Assembly: GCA_964016885.1 (NCBI GenBank)
Contig: CAXHJY010001499.1
Span: 62,001-126,000, forward strand
DNA length: 64,000 nucleotides
Direction of reading: 5' to 3'
Source of the DNA: Eledone cirrhosa
Taxonomy: Eukaryota
This document shows positions 57,701-64,000 of this stretch, in pieces (position 1 is the stretch's first letter; the number at the start of each line of letters is the position of its first letter). The notes beneath the pieces are model-generated. The model was not told the DNA's origin and made no database searches. It worked only from the letters and a program-made list of their open reading frames with translations. The translations under genes were made by a program, and so were the position numbers.

Positions 57701-58513
57701 GTTTGTGTCTGTGTGTCTGTTGTTGTTGGGATGTGTGTTGTATATGTGTGTGCGTATATTGTTGCTTTTGTTTTTGTTTTTGATGCTCCAGCGTAGTTTC
57801 GTAAATGATTTTTCTATTTCTGACAGACAACTAATCATATTTACCTTCTTGAATGTCGCAAATTTGGGTGGCAAACGTAACACAGACATTTCATTATTAT
57901 CTATTTTCGTGTTTCCATAAATGTTGGTATTTTCATTGTTGAACTCTTCAGATAATGAGGTGTCGGCCATGTTGATACCGTCAATTTTGTCGGGATATCT
58001 ATTGGTATACTCTATAGTATCCCGATTTAGCTTTGCCTGTTTAAGCCACTTTAATTTTCTGTTAAAGTGCTTATTACATTCTTGAGTAATGTACTGTTCT
58101 TCGGGGCGTATAAGGCTTATAAATGTTAGTTTTTCTGCTGGTGTGGTGATTTTAGATATTTCATCTATTAGGTTACGCTTTAGTTTTTCTTGATGACTTA
58201 ATTCTCTATAGATCTTCTTTTTTATGTTTAGAATTAAAGTTCGTTTTAGCCTATCTGCTTGTTTTTTGGTGAGTTGTAATCTTCTAACGTCGGTATTGAT
58301 GGTGTTGGTGTAGATTCTAGAAGTGGTGCACAGTTTTATGAAGTGTAGTTGTCGAGATGTTATGGTTTTTCGTAGACAACAGAACATGGTGGTTTTCAGT
58401 ATCTTGTTAGCCTGGCTAAGGCTTACGATATTTCGTTTCTGAATTTGTTTAGCAAGATTCTTTATCTGAAATCGTGTGTTGAAACCGATATTGTTATACT
58501 TTGGGAGGGTCAT
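54710..58513 (-). CDS. Intact PLE polyprotein copy B (RT + GIY-YIG endonuclease, 1267 aa from ATG)
   Basis: PTDKSG, GLRKDHK, PTRPV, SMDVVSLYPSI, QEEGAAIG, RYVDD, LPVLD, CIDKKCITC, NVVYSIRC..VYIGETARSIGERINEH. Confidence 0.96.
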   Translation of the reverse strand: MTLPKYNNIGFNTRFQIKNLAKQIQKRNIVSLSQANKILKTTMFCCLRKTITSRQLHFIKLCTTSRIYTNTINTDVRRLQLTKKQADRLKRTLILNIKKKIYRELSHQEKLKRNLIDEISKITTPAEKLTFISLIRPEEQYITQECNKHFNRKLKWLKQAKLNRDTIEYTNRYPDKIDGINMADTSLSEEFNNENTNIYGNTKIDNNEMSVLRLPPKFATFKKVNMISCLSEIEKSFTKLRWSIKNKNKSNNIRTHIYNTHPNNNRHTDTNNNNNNSNIPRYNTNNSNIPRYNRHADTNNNNNTHGDNNNNNTHINNNNNSNIPRYNNNRHANTNNNNNTHNNDNTHTHGDNNTHQQQHTSTTTTHTHSMPLTTTTILTNTQTQKTSNDSSTEIREIRESNRIKRSRETKDKENNQDEHTDTQNRVDNNIEPVERDRSNYERHRNNHEAEAAAVGGNRNNTTNNSASTHKAAAWNSPFYNHSDKSFDLRRVHATTLPFNKRTQLPSQVDEQTEAQFSIAKSELRNIIEQYSKKHNRIEAQQLGEESANGLRKLMQRSRNGEIACFPTDKSGRMSVDSLPNYIQAMQPHITNTREVTPQEHEDREKTLNAHMVMWTNIMQPNKRTANNFQAWNNDVPALYGLRKDHKTGWDPVAGPPTRPVCGANIASNYRLSYFLSLIIRPIIEMSPDVCDSTEDLLSRIDAGNRSGDLTNCIIGSMDVVSLYPSIDVDFAVEKCVEMISESKVEFRGIDTSELGLLLKLTHSNSYLDTYDLSNLCPTRPARGRPPTITSMAKKTHTDRWNGWTRAIRTPENHDELKKMIAHAVGASIKLTLKEHMFKFNGKTYAQEEGAAIGVSIAGDIANLFMVWWDSRLKQKLKEQLEDRLTLIMYSRYVDDINIVVKTPPLKNSQEPEKNTMESIQQIANSIHQSIRVTIDYPSRHPNHRLPVLDTELWLDTINNQKQILHSHYAKPMTSKHLIHRNSAISDHTKINILIADLIRVMRNVSRMCNPEELERHIQHFIHRMQFSGYNQRDRIRVYKGARTKWEKMVNNDINGTCPLYRSKFWNRIERTKNKANRINSWYDSNKYQSVMFINTTPRGELAYKFRRALKKHNLNIKIVERPGTSVKTLISKTYPFQRPSCIDKKCITCKISPHINCKTRNVVYSIRCTEGQCRNKNIVYIGETARSIGERINEHWRDLQDSKESSVLYQHAKIEHRGKLESIEIKIESTHKKDAMFRQITEAVSIKELKPKLNRKYEWNSNITTYN

Positions 58514-58871
58514 GTTGCCAATAAGAAACACACGCACCAGTTGCTTTCACTTCAATTTAATTTAATATATATTTATAAATTTACAAATTTATAAATTTCT
58601 GGTTGGTTGGTTGGTTCCACAACCAGATAGTTGTTTATATATATATAGTCATAGTTCTTTCGTCACACACTCTGTGACCTCTTCAGTGACACACATATAT
58701 AAACAACTTACAATTGAAAACACACACAAAATGAAAACACACACAAGACAAAATGAAAACACACACACACATAGAACAAACAACCAACCAACAATAAATA
58801 AATAAATAAACAAACAAATATAAATATAAAAATATAAAAATAGAAAAATGAACACAAACACACACAGACAC

Positions 58872-58927
58872 CCGGATGTGGCGCATGCGCAAACTGAGCA
58901 CGCAACCCACACACAAACAAAATGGCG
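58872..58927 (+). promoter_or_regulatory. Candidate pLTR promoter: ETS-like, NRF1-like and YY1-like motifs
   Basis: CCGGATGTG (58872), GCGCATGCGCA (58881), CAAAATGGCG (58918); repeated in each full pLTR. Confidence 0.5.
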
Positions 58928-58973
58928 TAGGATAGAAGAAAGGAAAGGCACAGAAACGAAGAAAGAAATCCCC

Positions 58974-59018
58974 AGTCACTGAAGAGGTCACAGAGTGTGT
59001 GACGAAAGAACTATGACT
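58974..59018 (+). ncRNA. Minimal hammerhead ribozyme in the pLTR (also 63260-63304 +; 50084-50128, 54361-54405, 58647-58690 -)
   Basis: AGTCA-CTGAAGA-G-GTCAC(AGAGTGT)GTGAC-GAAA-GAAC-TA-TGACT. Confidence 0.85.
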
Positions 59019-59151
59019 ATATATATATAAACAACTATCTGGTTGTGGAACCAACCAACCAACCAGAAATTTATAAATTTGTAAATTTATAAATATATAT
59101 TAAATTAAATTGAAGTGAAAGCAACTGGTGCGTGTGTTTCTTATTGGCAAC

Positions 59152-62100
59152 ATGACCCTCCCAAAGTATAACAATATCGGTTTCAACACACGATTTCAGA
59201 TAAAGAATCTTGCTAAACAAATTCAGAAACGAAATATCGTAAGCCTTAGCCAGGCTAACAAGATACTGAAAACCACCATGTTCTGTTGTCTACGAAAAAC
59301 CATAACATCTCGACAACTACACTTCATAAAACTGTGCACCACTTCTAGAATCTACACCAACACCATCAATACCGACGTTAGAAGATTACAACTCACCAAA
59401 AAACAAGCAGATAGGCTAAAACGAACTTTAATTCTAAACATAAAAAAGAAGATCTATAGAGAATTAAGTCATCAAGAAAAACTAAAGCGTAACCTAATAG
59501 ATGAAATATCTAAAATCACCACACCAGCAGAAAAACTAACATTTATAAGCCTTATACGCCCCGAAGAACAGTACATTACTCAAGAATGTAATAAGCACTT
59601 TAACAGAAAATTAAAGTGGCTTAAACAGGCAAAGCTAAATCGGGATACTATAGAGTATACCAATAGATATCCCGACAAAATTGACGGTATCAACATGGCC
59701 GACACCTCATTATCTGAAGAGTTCAACAATGAAAATACCAACATTTATGGAAACACGAAAATAGATAATAATGAAATGTCTGTGTTACGTTTGCCACCCA
59801 AATTTGCGACATTCAAGAAGGTAAATATGATTAGTTGTCTGTCAGAAATAGAAAAATCATTTACGAAACTACGCTGGAGCATCAAAAACAAAAACAAAAG
59901 CAACAATATACGCACACACATATACAACACACATCCCAACAACAACAGACACACAGACACAAACAATAACAACAACAATAGCAACATACCCAGATACAAT
60001 ACCAACAATAGCAACATACCCAGATACAACAGACACGCAGACACAAACAACAATAACAACACACACGGAGACAACAATAACAACAACACACACATCAACA
60101 ACAACAACAACAGCAACATACCCAGATACAACAACAACAGACACGCAAACACAAACAACAATAACAACACACACAACAACGATAACACACACACACACGG
60201 AGACAACAACACACATCAACAACAACACACATCAACAACAACAACACACACACATTCAATGCCTCTCACCACCACTACAATCTTAACAAACACACAGACA
60301 CAGAAAACAAGTAATGACAGTAGCACAGAAATCAGAGAAATAAGAGAAAGTAATAGGATTAAAAGGAGTAGGGAGACTAAGGACAAAGAGAATAACCAAG
60401 ACGAACACACAGACACACAAAATAGGGTAGATAACAACATTGAGCCAGTGGAAAGAGACAGGAGTAATTATGAGAGACATAGAAACAACCATGAAGCTGA
60501 GGCTGCTGCTGTTGGTGGAAATAGAAACAACACAACTAACAATAGCGCAAGTACACATAAAGCAGCAGCCTGGAACTCTCCGTTTTATAACCACTCCGAT
60601 AAATCATTCGACCTACGACGAGTCCACGCCACGACTTTGCCATTTAACAAACGCACGCAGTTGCCGTCGCAGGTCGATGAACAAACAGAAGCACAATTTA
60701 GTATAGCTAAATCCGAACTTAGAAATATTATAGAACAGTATAGCAAGAAGCATAATAGAATAGAGGCCCAGCAACTGGGAGAAGAATCTGCAAATGGCTT
60801 GCGTAAGCTCATGCAGCGCTCGCGTAATGGAGAGATAGCATGCTTTCCAACAGACAAGTCTGGCAGAATGTCGGTTGACAGCCTGCCAAACTACATCCAG
60901 GCAATGCAACCCCACATCACTAACACAAGAGAGGTAACACCACAGGAGCATGAGGACAGAGAAAAAACCCTCAATGCCCATATGGTGATGTGGACAAATA
61001 TAATGCAGCCCAACAAAAGGACTGCCAACAACTTCCAGGCCTGGAACAATGACGTGCCGGCGTTGTATGGGCTTCGAAAAGACCATAAAACGGGCTGGGA
61101 CCCTGTCGCGGGACCACCAACACGGCCAGTCTGTGGGGCTAACATTGCTAGTAACTACAGACTGTCCTACTTCCTCTCCCTGATCATACGCCCCATCATT
61201 GAGATGTCCCCAGATGTGTGTGACAGCACGGAGGACCTCCTCAGCAGAATCGACGCGGGTAACCGATCTGGGGACCTAACAAACTGCATAATAGGCAGTA
61301 TGGATGTTGTGTCCCTGTATCCATCTATTGACGTGGATTTTGCTGTGGAGAAATGCGTCGAAATGATCAGCGAGAGCAAGGTTGAGTTCCGTGGGATTGA
61401 TACCAGTGAGCTGGGACTTCTACTTAAGCTTACCCATAGTAATAGTTACCTAGACACTTATGACCTTAGCAACCTGTGCCCTACAAGACCAGCAAGAGGC
61501 AGACCACCTACCATTACCTCAATGGCCAAGAAAACCCACACAGATAGATGGAACGGGTGGACCAGAGCCATACGGACACCCGAAAACCACGATGAACTGA
61601 AGAAAATGATTGCACATGCGGTAGGGGCCAGCATAAAATTAACCCTTAAGGAACATATGTTCAAATTTAATGGTAAAACATATGCCCAAGAGGAAGGAGC
61701 AGCCATTGGTGTTAGCATTGCAGGCGACATAGCTAACTTGTTCATGGTATGGTGGGACAGTAGACTTAAACAAAAACTTAAAGAACAATTAGAAGACAGA
61801 TTAACCCTGATAATGTACTCCCGCTACGTAGATGATATAAACATCGTAGTTAAGACACCCCCACTAAAGAACAGTCAGGAACCTGAGAAAAACACAATGG
61901 AAAGCATCCAGCAAATAGCAAACTCCATCCACCAGAGCATTAGAGTTACTATAGACTACCCAAGTAGACACCCCAACCATCGATTACCTGTACTAGACAC
62001 AGAGCTCTGGTTAGATACTATTAACAACCAAAAACAAATCCTCCATTCCCATTATGCCAAACCCATGACTTCCAAACATCTGATCCACCGAAACTCGGCC

Positions 62101-62955
62101 ATTTCGGACCATACCAAAATCAACATACTGATTGCGGATTTGATACGGGTGATGAGAAATGTGTCCCGCATGTGCAACCCCGAAGAACTAGAGAGACACA
62201 TACAACACTTCATCCACCGTATGCAGTTCTCTGGCTACAATCAGAGAGATAGAATCAGAGTGTATAAAGGAGCCAGAACCAAATGGGAAAAAATGGTAAA
62301 TAATGACATAAATGGGACCTGCCCCTTGTATAGGAGCAAATTTTGGAATAGAATAGAAAGAACTAAGAACAAGGCCAATAGAATAAACTCATGGTATGAT
62401 AGCAATAAATACCAGAGTGTAATGTTCATCAATACAACCCCTAGAGGTGAACTAGCCTACAAATTTAGAAGGGCCCTAAAGAAACATAATCTCAATATTA
62501 AGATAGTAGAAAGACCTGGTACCTCCGTAAAAACACTTATTAGCAAGACATACCCGTTCCAAAGACCCTCATGTATAGATAAGAAATGTATAACCTGTAA
62601 AATAAGCCCCCATATTAACTGTAAAACTAGAAATGTAGTATATAGCATAAGATGTACTGAGGGACAATGTAGAAACAAAAATATAGTGTACATAGGTGAG
62701 ACAGCTCGTAGTATAGGGGAACGAATAAATGAACACTGGCGAGACCTCCAAGATAGTAAAGAATCATCTGTGCTCTACCAACATGCTAAGATAGAACACA
62801 GGGGTAAATTAGAGAGCATAGAAATAAAAATAGAATCCACACACAAGAAAGACGCAATGTTTAGGCAAATTACAGAGGCAGTAAGCATAAAAGAATTAAA
62901 ACCAAAATTAAATAGAAAATATGAGTGGAACAGCAACATCACAACTTACAATTAA
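59152..62955 (+). CDS. Intact PLE polyprotein copy C (RT + GIY-YIG endonuclease)
   Basis: Translation identical to copy B. Confidence 0.96.
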   Translation: MTLPKYNNIGFNTRFQIKNLAKQIQKRNIVSLSQANKILKTTMFCCLRKTITSRQLHFIKLCTTSRIYTNTINTDVRRLQLTKKQADRLKRTLILNIKKKIYRELSHQEKLKRNLIDEISKITTPAEKLTFISLIRPEEQYITQECNKHFNRKLKWLKQAKLNRDTIEYTNRYPDKIDGINMADTSLSEEFNNENTNIYGNTKIDNNEMSVLRLPPKFATFKKVNMISCLSEIEKSFTKLRWSIKNKNKSNNIRTHIYNTHPNNNRHTDTNNNNNNSNIPRYNTNNSNIPRYNRHADTNNNNNTHGDNNNNNTHINNNNNSNIPRYNNNRHANTNNNNNTHNNDNTHTHGDNNTHQQQHTSTTTTHTHSMPLTTTTILTNTQTQKTSNDSSTEIREIRESNRIKRSRETKDKENNQDEHTDTQNRVDNNIEPVERDRSNYERHRNNHEAEAAAVGGNRNNTTNNSASTHKAAAWNSPFYNHSDKSFDLRRVHATTLPFNKRTQLPSQVDEQTEAQFSIAKSELRNIIEQYSKKHNRIEAQQLGEESANGLRKLMQRSRNGEIACFPTDKSGRMSVDSLPNYIQAMQPHITNTREVTPQEHEDREKTLNAHMVMWTNIMQPNKRTANNFQAWNNDVPALYGLRKDHKTGWDPVAGPPTRPVCGANIASNYRLSYFLSLIIRPIIEMSPDVCDSTEDLLSRIDAGNRSGDLTNCIIGSMDVVSLYPSIDVDFAVEKCVEMISESKVEFRGIDTSELGLLLKLTHSNSYLDTYDLSNLCPTRPARGRPPTITSMAKKTHTDRWNGWTRAIRTPENHDELKKMIAHAVGASIKLTLKEHMFKFNGKTYAQEEGAAIGVSIAGDIANLFMVWWDSRLKQKLKEQLEDRLTLIMYSRYVDDINIVVKTPPLKNSQEPEKNTMESIQQIANSIHQSIRVTIDYPSRHPNHRLPVLDTELWLDTINNQKQILHSHYAKPMTSKHLIHRNSAISDHTKINILIADLIRVMRNVSRMCNPEELERHIQHFIHRMQFSGYNQRDRIRVYKGARTKWEKMVNNDINGTCPLYRSKFWNRIERTKNKANRINSWYDSNKYQSVMFINTTPRGELAYKFRRALKKHNLNIKIVERPGTSVKTLISKTYPFQRPSCIDKKCITCKISPHINCKTRNVVYSIRCTEGQCRNKNIVYIGETARSIGERINEHWRDLQDSKESSVLYQHAKIEHRGKLESIEIKIESTHKKDAMFRQITEAVSIKELKPKLNRKYEWNSNITTYN

Positions 62956-63437
62956 GGACAAAATGAAAACACACACACACATATATAAACAACTTACAAT
63001 TGAAAACACACACAAAATGAAAACACACACAAGACAAAATGAAAACACACACACACATAGAACAAACAACCAACCAACAATAAATAAATAAATAAACAAA
63101 CAAATATAAATATAAAAATATAAAAATAGAAAAATGAACACAAACACACACAGACACCCGGATGTGGCGCATGCGCAAACTGAGCACGCAACCCACACAC
63201 AAACAAAATGGCGTAGGATAGAAGAAAGGAAAGGCACAGAAACGAAGAAAGAAATCCCCAGTCACTGAAGAGGTCACAGAGTGTGTGACGAAAGAACTAT
63301 GACTATATATATATAAACAACTATCTGGTTGTGGAACCAACCAACCAACCAGAAATTTATAAATTTGTAAATTTATAAATATATATTAAATTAAATTGAA
63401 GTGAAAGCAACTGGTGCGTGTGTTTCTTATTGGCAAC

Positions 63438-64000
63438 ATGACCCTCCCAAAGTATAACAATATCGGTTTCAACACACGATTTCAGATAAAGAATCTTGCT
63501 AAACAAATTCAGAAACGAAATATCGTAAGCCTTAGCCAGGCTAACAAGATACTGAAAACCACCATGTTCTGTTGTCTACGAAAAACCATAACATCTCGAC
63601 AACTACACTTCATAAAACTGTGCACCACTTCTAGAATCTACACCAACACCATCAATACCGACGTTAGAAGATTACAACTCACCAAAAAACAAGCAGATAG
63701 GCTAAAACGAACTTTAATTCTAAACATAAAAAAGAAGATCTATAGAGAATTAAGTCATCAAGAAAAACTAAAGCGTAACCTAATAGATGAAATATCTAAA
63801 ATCACCACACCAGCAGAAAAACTAACATTTATAAGCCTTATACGCCCCGAAGAACAGTACATTACTCAAGAATGTAATAAGCACTTTAACAGAAAATTAA
63901 AGTGGCTTAAACAGGCAAAGCTAAATCGGGATACTATAGAGTATACCAATAGATATCCCGACAAAATTGACGGTATCAACATGGCCGACACCTCATTATC
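63438..64000 (+). CDS. PLE polyprotein copy D, running off the window
   Basis: Repeat of 59152 onward at +4286. Confidence 0.9.
   Translation, partial: MTLPKYNNIGFNTRFQIKNLAKQIQKRNIVSLSQANKILKTTMFCCLRKTITSRQLHFIKLCTTSRIYTNTINTDVRRLQLTKKQADRLKRTLILNIKKKIYRELSHQEKLKRNLIDEISKITTPAEKLTFISLIRPEEQYITQECNKHFNRKLKWLKQAKLNRDTIEYTNRYPDKIDGINMADTSL

Larger units (their letters stand above)
49925..64000. mobile_element. Young Penelope-like element array: two tandem minus copies head-to-head with at least 1.2 tandem plus copies; 4286-bp unit
   Basis: Identical ORF translations; mirror symmetry about 58832; left end joins (TA)n. Confidence 0.96.

Noticed and set aside
51643-63340. Many antisense ORFs inside the PLE array (Val/Leu/Cys-rich)
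   Set aside because: Shadow frames of the RT ORF and its CAA-rich insert; repeated only because the unit is repeated

Overview
Repeat-saturated animal genomic DNA. It is AT-rich with very long (TA)n tracts, and the SINE/LINE content suggests a cephalopod such as Octopus (inference). No host protein-coding gene could be confidently identified. The window is dominated by Penelope-like retroelements (PLEs) inserted into (TA)n. These include three decayed Naiad-like RT+GIY-YIG copies, many short non-coding PLE-derived fragments, and from ~49.9 kb to the window end a very young, intact PLE (1267-aa RT+GIY-YIG ORF, 4286-bp unit). That element forms a giant head-to-head palindrome of tandem copies. 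Also present are R4/Dong, RTE and CR1 LINE remnants, a Helitron with an internal G-rich minisatellite, and tRNA-derived SINEs. Reading by hand reveals about 20 hammerhead-ribozyme (HHR) motifs from ten or more different families, including natural core variants (U3-A8, A4, C4). Two diverged copies (42.7 kb and 49.6 kb) form an apparently non-circularly permuted, multi-pseudoknotted hammerhead supported by covariation. Many insertions are near-perfect fold-back palindromes, several with inversion points in or beside the ribozyme, suggesting symmetric twin priming from the self-complementary (TA)n target. All RNA folds were deduced by eye and are untested.
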